DNA from: Epiperipatus broadwayi | Lineage: Eukaryota > Animalia > Onychophora | Length of the DNA: 64,000 bases | Assembly: GCA_028023455.1 (NCBI GenBank) | Contig: JAQFVV010000005.1 | Span: forward strand, 22,692,001 to 22,756,000 | Reading direction: 5' to 3' | In this document: positions 39,270-52,044 of the stretch, piece after piece | How positions within the stretch are numbered: the stretch's first letter is position 1 | Layout of the letters: the number at the start of each line of letters is the position of its first letter | Position numbers and translations under genes: made by a program | The notes under the pieces: generated by a model | The model's database searches: none | What the model was told of the DNA's origin: nothing | The model's input: the letters and a program-made list of their open reading frames with translations, nothing else

Positions 39270-42200
39270 ATTGTTAGAATTGGATATTTGAATATGCAAG
39301 GTGATAGGAGACCAGAAAAATGGCTAGAATTAAACAAAGCAGTTAAAAATAAAGAGCTTGAGGTATTAGCAGTGGTGGAAACACATCTATGAGAAGAAGA
39401 ACCTTTACTGGAGGACTTGGTATGGCAGGGTATAAATAGAAAAAAAAGAAAAAAGGAGTGGTGGTGTAAGAGTTATGTCAAAAAAATATTTAAATATTGT
39501 TAAATGTCAAGAACATTTGTTGTTTGAGATAAAGTTAGTAACACAAGAATAGATGGTGGCTATAGTATATGTAGCTACTGAAGATAGTGAAACTATAATG
39601 TAGTGGAGCAATGGCATATATGAATGCTTAGTTAAGCATATACAGAGTTTCAAATCCAAGGAGAAGAGAATAATGGTTATAGGGGATATGAATGGGCATA
39701 TTGAAGAAATTTATAATGCAGATAACAAAAATGGACAACTTTTGAAGAATTTTTGTCAGAGAGTGAATTAGAACATTGGAAATTTGTCAAATATTTATGA
39801 GGGACAATACACATATTATTTATTCCACACAATAGATTATGTATTAATAGAGAAAGAGTGAATGAATAAAATATGGAAAATTAAAGCATTTGATAATGAA
39901 GATGCGTTCATAATTTCTTTATAATACAAATGGTTAGTAATGTGATAGGAAATAGTAACAAAATTAGAAAGGATAGTAATCATGTGATGTTTAGTAGGAT
40001 AGTTAAAGATGTGGATGGAGAATGAATGTGTTGGTTGAGGATGAATATAAAGACTGATGTGGTGAAGCAGAAAAAGTGGCAAATAGGTTTTAGGTGAGAA
40101 TATTGAGAAGAATAAAAGTAATAGAAAAGTGAGAATTAATAAAAGTGTAAAAGAGAAAAAAAAGCATGCAGAGAATATAAGTGTACTATTAAGAACAAGA
40201 AAAGTGAAAAAAGATGTTATGTTAAATGGGAAAAGTATTTAGAAAAAAGAAGCTGGCCAAAATAGATCATTATAGAGAGAGAACGAAATTAAATAGTAAA
40301 TTTTTGAAGGATATAAATAGAAGTGGAAGAGATGAAAGTACAAAATTTTTGGAAATATATTAAAAAAAAGGAATGTAGGGGAGAAAGAAATAATATTATT
40401 AGATTATGAGGGAATAGAGAGTAGCTCTAGAGAAGAATTAGAGACAATCTTAAATAAGTATGTAATGGATATAGAAAATATGCTAGATGTGAAGGACAGA
40501 GTGATAACAAGCATAAAAGCATGTAGTAATGGAACTATGAGATTTACAGAAAAATGAACTGAATGAGGCAGGGAAGAAATTGAAAAGTGGAAAGGCAAGA
40601 GGTTTAGATAGATGGGTAACAGAGATGGTATTAAATTTAGGACATAGGGCAAAATTAAATCTATTATCATGTTTTAATAAGATGACATAGAAGAGAGATT
40701 TTCTGGATAGTTGGAGTAATACAAGAGTAATGCTATTATTTAAAGAAAAGGGTAAGGATCATAGAAAGCTAAGTAATTATAGACTGATAGCGATAACGTC
40801 AGTGTTATATAAAGTTTTCGCATATATAGTGACTGGAAAGGTTGCAAAATGGATGGAAGTAAATAATAAAATTGGTGAAATGCATGGAGGTTTTTGTTCG
40901 GATAGGCATATAAGAAATAGTTTATTTATGGTTACACAACTTATAAATATGAGAAATACAGGTAGACAGTTATATATGGTTTTTGTAGATATAGAGAAGA
41001 CTTATGATAGAGTAAATAAAAATAGATTATGGATAAGTTTAGTAAATTTTGGAATGAATGGAGCTTTAGTGGATCTTATTAAGAGATTGAAAAAAAATAA
41101 TTACTATATGTATCAATTAGGGGGTATAGAATCAGTTAAAGTTAAAAATGGGGTGGGACTAAGGCAAGAATGCCCTATGTCACCTATTTTGTTTTTGTTA
41201 TATTTGAGAGAAATGGAGAGAGTAATAGAAGTACTAGGAAAAGGGCTAGATACTATTAATAGGTGGCAAAGGAGTACCTACATTATTGGGTCTTTTATTT
41301 GCAGATGATGTCTTTTTATGTATAGAAAGAAGAGAAGATAACGAAGGTATACTGAAGACATGTACAAGGGCGGGTAAAAAGATGGGGATTAAATTTAACG
41401 AAGAAAAATCAAAAGTAATGATGATTAATACTGAGGAATGAGAAAACAAAGAATTTTTATTGGGGATGTAAAGTTAAGGGTGGTGAATAGGTATAACTAT
41501 TTGGGAATCATCCTAAATAATTAGAGAAATTTCTTGGATGAATGGGAGAAAAATTGATAAGTGAAGCAAAGAAAAGAAAAGGACTGATAATAATAGTGTT
41601 TTATATAATAAATATGATATAGCTAGAATTGTACGGAAGGGAGTGGCCGTAGCAGGGTTACCATATGGTAATGATGCATTATGGGTAAGTAAAGGGATGT
41701 TAGATTACTTTTAAAAAATACAAAAAGTAGGAAGACATGCATTAGATGCAGATGTGTGGATGGCAAATGAGGCAATTCAAGAAGAAATGGGATGGTCAAG
41801 ATTTTGTATGAGAGATGCAAAAAGCAAAATAAAAACGTTTGTTAGATTGTAGTTTGTGGATAATAAGAAAATAGCCAAAATAATATTTCATTGGGTTATG
41901 AATAAAGGGCAGGCAACAAGATGGGTGTGAAAAGTGGTATGGTATGCAGAAGATTTGGATAAAGAATTTATGTCAGTATACTTATACAAAAGGTTGTATG
42001 ATTGTGTGAGGAGAATTGTTGAGTGTAACAGTTGCAAGGAATGGGATAGAAGAATAGATGCATTATTAAAGAATAGGGAGTTGGAGAGATGGAGAACTAG
42101 TATGAAGAGTAAAAAGAGTTTAAATATATATAGAAATAAACACAATATTGGGTGCAAGTTAATTTCATGATAATAGTAAATAAAGTAATTTACTGTTTAA

Positions 42201-42505
42201 GGCTTCATCGGGATCATTAGCAAGAAGAGAATATACACATAAATGAAGAAATATGGGTGATTTAGTCCACAAGTTATGTAAGGAAAGCATAGAAAATATT
42301 AGGCAGTTGTTAATTAAGTGTAAATGCATACAAGCAGAAAGGATGCAAATAATGAAGTTATGGGAGAATAAATATAAACAAAGTGATTTTACAAAAAGTG
42401 GGTTCTTGGTTTTTATGCTGGGTTTGGAAAAAGATAAGGGAGATTTAGATATAAAGGCCATAGAGTGGACAAAGATAATGCTGTGGAAATGTGATGTAGC
42501 AGGAT
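39270..42505 (+). pseudogene. LINE ORF2 remnant: APE endonuclease, reverse transcriptase, C-terminal CCHC
   Basis: IGYLNMQG, VLAVVETHL, IGDMNGHI, TIDYVL (APE). NYRLIAITSVLYKVF, FVDIEKTYDRV, LRQECPMSPILF, ADDV (RT). HKLCKESIENIRQLLIKC (intact as CKLCKKGIENIRHLIIEC in the 53.3 kb copy). Confidence 0.92.
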
Positions 42506-42971
42506 AAAGTAGAATATAGGTAAAACTTGGGTGGGGAATAGAAAGAAAAGGTAACGTGGTTAACAGATTTCTCTGGGCATGGTGGCTGAGAGATTCCTGA
42601 CTCCAAGAAAGCCATAATGCATCACATCACTGTGGTTTTTTGTGTAATTGGTTTTTGTATTCGAAGAGGCTAATTTACATTATTTCCATGGAGTATTTTA
42701 TTTTGTTGCTATTTAAAATGTTCAAGATAACGACTGAAACTTTGAAATGCAGGAAGGTTTTGAAATTGGATAAATAATCTGGAATTAAGTCAGTGATTGT
42801 AGTTTATAAATCCCATCCCTGAACAGTTTGGTACAGCCATTGAGTGCAGATTCTGGCAATTAAAGTTTATGGATCACGGACCAGCTGTGTTACTTTTTAA
42901 TTATAAAATAGCATATTTTAATAGTAATTTTTAAATCACAATATAATTTTTTTTTAAAACATTTTTTATAG

Positions 42972-43082
42972 TAACTGTAATTTGTGGAACCCACAAGTGT
43001 GGCATCAAAGCAGAGTGCGATCGAGCAAGGCTTATTTGCATCTGTCCACCAGGAACTACTGGAAATCCTGAAAAAGAATGTC
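42972..43082 (+). CDS. Exon G: 6-Cys EGF-like module (B-type)
   Basis: TATAG acceptor, GTAAG donor. 111 nt, phase 1-1: xTVICGTHKCGIKAECDRARLICICPPGTTGNPEKEC. Confidence 0.93.
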
Positions 43083-43171
43083 GTAAGTTTATGTATATAT
43101 TTTTTATGATCACAACATAAAAATATTTATATAAGTTTTTAGAATATGAGTAATAAGTTGTAAATATACAG

Positions 43172-44490
43172 TTGTTTTGCAATTGGTGGCTCATAGATGT
43201 GTTGGGTTTTGATGATCACACCATCAGGTCATCTTTTGAATTTGTAGAGAAAATTAAGCATGCGGTTATACAACCAATGGTCAAACTCGCATCTCTTGAT
43301 ATCACTGAACTCTATGGATCCATTGGCCACAGACAATCTATTGAAATAATTAATGGCACACTAACTGCAAGTGACTGCCCACCCACACGTGCCTAATTCA
43401 TTAATGAAATTTTTAAGATGGTTTGATTTAAACATTCTTGCAATTTTCAGGGTCAACTGGTTTAACATGCATAACGGTTGGCTCATGGGTCTTCCACTTA
43501 GTGATGTAATATCAAGCATTGTGCTCAACCATTATGAAAAGCAAATATTATCTGTATTCTTCAAGTCCACTCTTGATATAGACACGATACATTGTTGACA
43601 TATTCATTGCAGCCCCAGATAACATCATTACTGATCTTCACAACAGTCTCCAGTAAACACTAAACTCACTTTCACTTCAACATGGGAAAACCAATTGCAT
43701 CAAGTTAAATACATCGACATATATGTCAACAGAAGTGCAGATAATCTAGACTACTGTATATACATAATAGTAAAACCATTTGAAATACGTGGTTTAACAC
43801 ACTGTAGTTCTTATGCTCCCCCATCCCATAATCTTGCAGCCCTCTCTTCATTTCTGTTCAGGAACCATAATTTATGTAAATATAAGACAGACAAAAGAAA
43901 TAATCTTAGCAATTACATTGCAGCTTTAGTAAAAATAGGGCATACTCAATCATCTAGCAACAGGAAAGTTAATGATTTTTTTTTTTTTATAACTCACAAT
44001 CATAAGAAAGAAAACAAACCAAATATTGTCATTTCATACATCCATTCAATAGCTAAAAGTCTTATTAACAAACTCTCTTGCAACTTTGAAATCACTTTTC
44101 ATTCGTCTCCCAATATCAATAGACTCATCAACAATACCAAAGACAGGATCAAACCCGAACTCACTCCTCAGGTTATTTACAAGATCACTTGCCCCCAAAA
44201 AAATACCAAACATCATATTATGGAGAAACCAGGACCAACATTGCAACCAGAGTGGCACTGCATAGATACCTTTATAATAAGACTAAAATTAAGTTGGAAA
44301 GTAATTCAATTTTTCCTGAACTCGAAAGGCTCACTGGTCATAGTTTCCAACCAACCATTGCCAGGGTTGTCTGATCTGAGAGAAATGACACCAAACCCAA
44401 GGTAAGGGAAGCATGCTACATAACAAATGATCTTACATCAATCAATAGAAGAGAGACCTGCTTTTCTATTTCTCGAAAATGGTCTCTGTA
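43172..44490 (+). mobile_element. Penelope-like element remnant (RT + GIY-YIG), frameshifted
   Basis: SLDITELYGSI, GWLMGLPLSDVISSIVLNHYEKQI and RYIVDIF (PLE RT motifs). VIYKITCP...YYGETRTNIATRVALH (GIY-YIG). Confidence 0.85.
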
Positions 44491-45151
44491 GCCACTTTAC
44501 ATTAATTTGCATATATTTGCATTGACATTGGTATAGTTCTCAACATTCCAGTAGCTATGAATATGGGAGTATGAATCCTCCTGGAAGCACTCAGATTACT
44601 AAATTGTAGAATATCATTTATTTTAGTTACTGTTATCAGCTTCATTATCTGTGTGCAAAGCACATATATATATATTATGGATTTTATATGCTAATGAAGT
44701 AAAGTTTAACTATTTCAATAATATAAGTGAAGGTAAATACAGGGACTGTTCATTGTTTCTAATCCATATAATTAAAAAGAATATTTTGCCATTACTGCAA
44801 AGACAATAAATATGAATGCTATATAAGCAATATACTTCTTTGTGTTCCTACAGTATTCTACATTTTTTTGTGGATGTTTCATTAACAATGATGTATTACT
44901 TTATATATAAAACAAAATATTTTCAAGATTAATCTAAATGTTTTTTCTAATGTAGAAAATGTCAAATAAATTGAAATAATCAATAGGATAAATGATCTAT
45001 TCAAAGATAGTGACCACTATAAAAAAAAAATTGGTCTGAATCGTATGTAAAGGTAAAAATATTTGAAATTTTAATAAATTGAATATTATAAGATAAAAAA
45101 AGATCATAACTAAAGTATTCCATAATAAAACAAAAGTAAAAATTATACTTG

Positions 45152-45257
45152 TATTTATTCCACTAGAGGGCTATTTTACACTGTATTTACATTTATTCCA
45201 CTAGAGGGCTATTTTACACTATTTACATTTATTCCACTAGAGGGCTATTTTACACTA
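45152..45257 (+). repeat. 36-38-bp tandem repeat x3 containing CCACTAGAGGGC
   Basis: TTTATTCCACTAGAGGGCTATTTTACACT repeated, with the 12-mer at 45160, 45198 and 45234. Confidence 0.9.
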
Positions 45258-46369
45258 TATTAACAAAAATTCCTGCCAAATAATTGAATTAGCAGCCAAT
45301 AATTTTACAGTGTTTTATATATAAAGATAGGATTGTAATAGTTTTTCTTATAGCGATTTTATTGCTGTTGTACTGCTATAAGGAATAAATTAGCCTGTAC
45401 ATCTCTCCAATAAATGTATACATAAGTGAAAGTGTTATATAGAAATAAGAAGAATAGGTAAAAGCCACATAAATTAATTTTAAAATAATTAGATCCATTA
45501 TTAGCATTAGGAATAAAGAAATTAAATAAGATTAAATTAATTAAAAATCTTTTGAGAGGAGATTAATGATTAAAAATATTTGCATAATATTTAATTTGTA
45601 AATCATATAGGATAATTAAAAATTAACCTTTTTTAGCCAGCACCCTTTCATAATTAAAAATAAAATAGTAAGAACTCCAGATGATTTAATTAAAAATAGA
45701 TTACATAGAGTGCAATAAGAGTGTATTATTATACACAGTGAGGAGAAAAAGCAATTGGCAAGAGTGAGCTTAGCTCAAGCAAGTCTGAATACCAAAGGAT
45801 CCAAAGACAGACTAGGATTATGCTCAGATTTTCCTGATCTTATTTTTTGTAAGCTGAGATTTTGGGTATAGTAGATAAATAATCTATGAATATAATGTAT
45901 TGTTTGTTCTATTTGCAATATATATTTGTAAATTAATATCTATACTTCATATATTAATATATACGTATTAGAAAAAAATTCTATTTGTCCCATAGTCATT
46001 AGAATATTTTCCCAATAAAACAAATATTCCTCTGACTTCTCATTGGATCATCATTATGTGCAGTTCCAATAAAATCCAACTTCATTCGAGTAAAAATAGT
46101 TGGGATAAGTGACTACAGTGGGCTAAACATTTCACTTATGACCTTAAAATCAGAAATCAAAGCATAGAATGACTAGTAAGCTTTTATGAATTTATTATCT
46201 TTTTAAGCTGTTAAAATGCCAGTTATATACTTGAATACATTTGGTGGATTTCACAGGAAATAAGATTTCTGTTTTAACAGTAATAAACGTAAATAGAATC
46301 GGATTATCAATGTGTAAACTTTGAGTTAATTCACCCAACATCCTACATATAATACCAATTACACCTTTC

Positions 46370-46555
46370 TTAAACACTTTATCAATACTTTTATTTATAT
46401 TAAACTAACAGTTTTGACTGTCCTGCAGTCATCATCGGAGCTCTTGACAATCCTATGACTGCAGGACATGTTAGTTTGATATAAATAAAAGTATTGATAA
46501 GTCAAGAACTCCGATGATGGCAACAGGATAGTCGAAACTGTTAGTTTGATATAAT
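46370..46555. mobile_element. Family-2b hammerhead-like foldback (one minus copy, two plus partial copies)
   Basis: Minus 46404-46443: AGCT-CCGATGA-T-GACTG-CAGGA-CAGTC-AAA-ACTGT-T-AGTT. Plus 46507-46546: AACT-CCGATGA-T-GGCAA-CAGGA-TAGTC-GAA-ACTGT-T-AGTT. A middle plus fragment lies at 46456-46500. Confidence 0.65.
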
Positions 46556-47519
46556 GGTACGGTATGTTAAAGTAGAAATCAATGCACAGGAAAAGGAAGA
46601 AGAAGTAGAAAATCCTACATATAACTTAGTCAATATTCACATTGCTTTCAGGAATAGCATCAGAAGCAGTTGAGGTTTTGCATTTAATTTATAGTTGAAC
46701 CAAATAAACTGTAAATAAAAATAATTTAAGAGAAATATGGGAGGAAATGAGTAAAATGGAGCAACCACAAAAATTAGAAGAAAAAAATAATATGACCTCC
46801 AGTTTACACTCTGTTTTAAACAAGTAAACTTTATTTACTCCACTGCTGTTATTTATTATAAACTTGAATAAGCACTAAACATTAAATAGTGTCACATTAA
46901 ATGCATCTCTATTGCTATTTGATTCATATTCATATCATATTATATAGTAGTAATTGTTGAGAATCCAATGCTAAAAAGGATAAAGATTTTTTTAAGAGAA
47001 CTGAATAAGAAATTCCAATAAGCCATTAAAAGCTATCTATTGTAAGCCTGAGTAATCAATGGACATAAATTGATATACAAAAGGACTATATTATAAATAA
47101 TTCATGCTACCTTTTGGTGAATTAACTTTGGCAAAATGATTATATATTATAAGAATATCTCTTATAATACATATAAGTAGGATTATTTTGAAAATAATAT
47201 AGAATAGTATAGGATCTTACATTGAAAAAAAACTGCCAGATGTATAGTTGGATCAGAATGGTTAAGAAACACTTTGGATAACAAAAAAAACTACAAGCTA
47301 TGATAAAAAAAGTTTATGAGTATTTTATTGATTGCAACTAAGCATTTGATTCCGTTGATCATGCTAAATTATGAAACATTTTTAAGAAAGTAGATATAAC
47401 AGAAGCATTTCTCTACTATTATGTGAATTCAAGATATGGAACCAGAAGCTACAGTTTAAATGGCTACAATGAAAAACAAGTTCCATTCTAACAAATGAAT
47501 TAGATGGGACTATGTATTA

Positions 47520-47940
47520 ACATTCTACTTAGTTAACTTGTATCTTGAATTCATAATGATGGAAGATATATTGGATGAAGGCAAATGTCTAATTGGAACT
47601 GATGCAAGAAATATCAAAAACTTTAAATATGCTGATATGTTATTTATTGCTGTCTTCAAAATTGATAAAGAAGCAGTTGGTCAGTTTTACTTTCTTAGAT
47701 TTTTTTTTAAACAACAAAAGATCCAATGACCAAGAAAATCATCACAAATTAAATATTGGGCAGTATTGCATTAAAAAAAAAAAAATTGGAAAAGATTTTT
47801 AGATGTTAGAAGGTATTTTTAAAAAAGAATATCAGAATTGTTTCGATTATAGTGCTTCCAATGATTTTCTATGGATGTAAAAGCTAGACACTGAAGGTTG
47901 TGGTGCTAGTAAAAAAATTTGAGACAGTAAGAAGTATGAA
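47520..47940 (+). mobile_element. Degraded RTE-type LINE RT fragment
   Basis: GKCLIGTDARNIKNFKYADML (RTE-type NxLRYADD motif), and downstream VLPMIFYGCKS*TLK. Confidence 0.6.
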
Positions 47941-48595
47941 AAAGTTGTTGATTTAAAATAAAAAATAATTGAATGATTTAGGCTTAGAAGTGACAGGGCT
48001 GAATTTTGATCCATGAACCCTGAGTTCCAGAATCCACCATCTGAGCATTATATTAAATCATACAGGACAGTAGACATTTGATCAGAATAGATTTAAACTT
48101 TCTTGAAGCCCAAATGATCTGGTTTTTTTTTTTTTATTTAGATCATATCATGAGATGTAAAGTTTTTCAAAAGGTTGATAATAAATGTAGAAGATAATGA
48201 TCAGTAATGATGTAGGTGGTCTCTATCATTATAATAGTAATTGTAGCTTTGAATTAACTAAATGGATAGTAAATTATTCTGGATAAATATTATTTTAATG
48301 ACCATGAAAAATTGATATTAATTTTGATGGTACCTGATAATGTCTTCAAAGTTTTTGATAGAAAGCTAAATTGATAGCCAACCATTTTGTACTTTATATA
48401 TATATAAGTATATTATTTGTAGCTTAAAATTCATATTTTTATCTTTTGTTTTTATGTGATTGTAATGAATCAATTGTTTATCTTGTGATCATCTTATAAG
48501 TGGCAATTTTTATAGTTATGTAATTGCTTCTAGGAAAAGTATCATTTAAAATGGTTTATTTATTTTGATGTAATTTTTTATGTTTTTTTATTTAG

Positions 48596-48694
48596 ATATT
48601 TGTGGCAAGAATGGAAAAATAGTTGTGGGTGCTGATGGTAAAGAACATTGTGTGTGCTTACCAGGGTTTACTGGCAATCCTGCTGAATTCTGCG
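48596..48694 (+). CDS. Exon H: 4-Cys EGF-derived module
   Basis: TTTAG acceptor, GTAAG donor. 99 nt, phase 1-1: xICGKNGKIVVGADGKEHCVCLPGFTGNPAEFC. Confidence 0.9.
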
Positions 48695-49169
48695 GTAAGT
48701 TCACGGCATAAAAAATATTTTTCAAAAATATTGATTGGATTCAAAATCTTAGAAAGGTTCATATTAATAGTTTGAATTGCAAATTAAAATAGTACTGAAC
48801 AACTGTTTATGCTGGTGTTATCTTCTGAAATTAATTTATGATGATTATAATCTTATTGCTATATTAAGAATTTTATTAGGATATATCTTTTTTAAATATT
48901 TGTGATAAGATTTAATATTGTTTTTTTTTCTTATTTATTTAGTATTTCTTATTGCTATTCTATATCTACTGGCAATTCCAGTATTGTTATTGCCTAAAAT
49001 ATATGTCTAATCAATGAGTATATCATCACCTCTCCCTTAGCCCATTGGTGTGAAGTAAAAGCGGCTTCTGCTTAAATGAAATCAGAAGTTCCTGTGCATA
49101 GTCCATATGTCAAAAGACTCCATTAGCTAAATTGAATTCTCCCACTTTTTGAAAATATTATATAATTAC

Positions 49170-49365
49170 CCAAATCACACTTTTCTTTATTTTGTTGTAA
49201 TATCCTATAAATACAATTTATCCAAACCACTTTGAAGACTTTTTAGCAAAACTCTTTATTTGTACATATATACATACACCTACATTTCGACTGTCCTGCA
49301 GTCTTCTTCAGAGCTATGATATAATGAACAAAATAAGTGTTTGAAATGGTTTGGATAAATTGTAT
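49170..49365 (-). mobile_element. Second family-2 hammerhead-bearing insertion
   Basis: Near-identical to 18615-18790, including the same end (AAATCACACTTTTCTTTATT). Core on minus at 49278-49315: CTGAAGA-A-GACTG-CAGGA-CAGTC-GAAA-TGTA. A short inverted arm lies at 49335-49363. TSD not identified. Confidence 0.75.
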
Positions 49366-51443
49366 ATTTTTTTTAAAAAGTAACACTTCCCTATATCCTC
49401 TTTCAATTTACAATTACCAAATCATTTTTTAAATGCCATTATTGATTCCAGTATGTTGCTTTTATTTTTGTCATAAAAAAATTAAAATCAGAAAATGTAT
49501 TTTTTCACATTTTTTGTATACGTAGTTCAAAAATAAATGTTCAATACTCTCTCATTTTATCACAAATTATAATTACTATCCAAATGCTGATTCCATTTTA
49601 TTTTCTTTCTTTCACATCCAAAATCTCTTTCTCATGCTATTGTAAATTCTCATTACATTTTACCTGGTAAAATATTACAGTATGTGCATTAGAGTTTGTT
49701 TCAAAACTTCATAAATATTACTTTTATTCTTATATAAAATTCAATTCTAAATCATCTTTTTTAAATATATTTTTCCACAATTTTTTTCTTTCTTTTTTTC
49801 TAATCAACCTATCTAGTCTCTTTTATTGCTCCTTATAATTATCTTTTTTTAAAATATAATTGTTTACATATTTACTCCTTTCTAATGCAAATGCATAGAA
49901 ATAAAATCATTATTTATTAACTTTGCATGTTGTAACACTTTCTGCTCCACCATATTTGTTTACTTCTCCACAAATATCTAATTAAATACTACTTTTACTA
50001 ATCTATTTCCATTCATATATTGCAGTTTTAATTTATATAATATTAATATCATTTATGTTGTTTATTACTTTTACAAATATAAAATTATATGTTCATGTAT
50101 ATTTGTATTCATGTATTCGTATTGTGTTTGTTATAATTCTGAAGAAGATTGCTGTGGCAATTGAAACCGTTAATAGTGGGTTGTAATTATATGAAGCATT
50201 GTAAAAGTAATAAAGAATGTAAATGATATTAATATTATATGGATTTAGCAATGCAATAAGAAAGATAAAGTTATAATACTTCATATTTTTAATTTCCCTT
50301 ATGAAAAAAAAAATCCACCTGAATAACATTATTTGTTATCAACAATTGCATCTTTATTTTTTATTTGAAAAAATGTACGTACTTGTCTAATTCAAAGTGC
50401 TTCAATTTCAAATGTTAAAGCAAGCACTATCAGTTCTTCTCAAATTATTATGTTGGCTTCGAACGCTATCTACTGACGCCATCTATCAGTTTCTCATCCA
50501 TATTCTGAATGCAAAAAAAAAAACAATCATTGATACAAACAGTACAAAATATCCATGTTTTATGACTGAGTGAGGACCAATGAGCCTGAAACTGTTTTTG
50601 GAAATGATGCAATTATGATGATGATGGTGATGCAAAAGTTTTTGTGCATAAGCTGTGTGTCCAGAACTTCTGTTGGCCAAAATAAACATTATCTTCCTCC
50701 AAAACTATTATGACATGCCTCTACTTTTTACTTCTAATTACTCAATTATTTCTCTAACACTGTTTTATTTTTATTATTTATCCCATTTTAATAAGAGCTG
50801 TTTTCATAGTTCTAATATTCTGCCTTCGTATTCCTCGATTTCACTATAAAGACTTTTAGAACTTTCTTTATCTTCAATTTTTTTCTATTCTCAATACAAT
50901 TTATTCTGATCCTCTTTGCGCATTCAATGCTTCAAAAATGAAACTTCAGTAATCTCGCCCATCTACATCTGCAGCTTGATTTCATATTCTATTTTTGACT
51001 CTTTTTCCTGTTATCTAAAACTCCTTCCCTTGAGCTAAATAACAATAAGCTGCCTATAATATTATCATATATCCTTTTATATTTAATTTTTATTTATAGA
51101 TAACTTTTAATTGTTCTTTTATATCTATATTCGTGTTCAAGCATTAATTGCAGTGCCAGCTGGTGTTCATATTACTATTTAACTATTTTTAAAAATAGGT
51201 TAATTTATTATGAATAAAAAAATTGTTTATAAAAATAATATTTTTGTAGTAATCGCATTTGAAATAAATACATTTGTTTTTAAAAAGATACTTCAGTAAA
51301 TATATTTTATTTCTAAAAACTTGTTAAGGATTTTCTTTTCTATTAAAGAAATTGATCTTTGAATCAGTAGTAATTTGTATATTTATATTTAATCGTTTGA
51401 ATCTAAATTAAAAATGTAACCTTATTTACTTTTTTTCTTCTAG

Positions 51444-51554
51444 CCCACTCAACTGTTTCTTGTGGAAGTATAAAATGTGGTAAAAATGCCATATGTGAAA
51501 GGAGTAAATGTGTTTGTCCACCCGGACTGACCGGAGATCCTACAATTGAGTGCG
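51444..51554 (+). CDS. Exon I: 6-Cys EGF-like module (B-related)
   Basis: TCTAG acceptor, GTAAG donor. 111 nt, phase 1-1: xHSTVSCGSIKCGKNAICERSKCVCPPGLTGDPTIEC. Confidence 0.92.
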
Positions 51555-52044
51555 GTAAGTTTTTCATGTTCATATTTCTGCTAATCATTAATTATTTAAA
51601 ATTAGATATATTACAAAATGTTTTTAATTGATTAGTAATATATGTGTACAAATCAACAATAAGATGTATATTTATAAATGAATATGTAATTAGCCTATTC
51701 ATTTAAGTATACCAAATGTTTCTTATATATGTAAGTAGGGTGATTTGAACTCAGTCTATATTCATTCTCCACTTTATCTCAATATTAAGTTAACATCAGA
51801 TATGAATCATAAGTTATAAAAATTGCAGTAACTTTTTCATTGTTATTTTAATCAGCATCCTGAATTACGTACTTTCATATATATTATTTTGCATTCTTTT
51901 CTTCTTAGGAAGTTGCTAGATATATTAAATAATATGGATATTATAGCACTATTGTATAATGTTCATTAATTATTCAAAGTTATAGTAGATGGATCTAGAA
52001 TAGATTGAAGAAAACTGAATCTGGAAATAATGTGAGAAAATCAT

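Larger units (their letters stand above)
37940..42630 (+). mobile_element. Near full-length degenerate LINE (ORF1 PHD + coiled coil + SGNH esterase; ORF2 APE-RT-CCHC)
   Basis: See the ORF1 and ORF2 features. The 3' UTR is shared with the 13.2 kb and 53.6 kb copies and ends in GCATCACATCAC. The 5' boundary is approximate. Confidence 0.9.

Noticed and set aside
39975-39997. AGTAATCATGTG read as the LINE endonuclease SDH motif, implying family-1 tails derive from the LINE
   Set aside because: The sister copy shows the true SDHNFF motif about 70 nt upstream. This segment is an insertion flanked by an 8-bp duplication.
44445-44488. Decayed hammerhead at the 3' end of the 43-44 kb PLE (GAGA/TCTC stem, GAAA...GTC)
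   Set aside because: CUGA is not preserved and stem I is absent, so it cannot be supported without a consensus.
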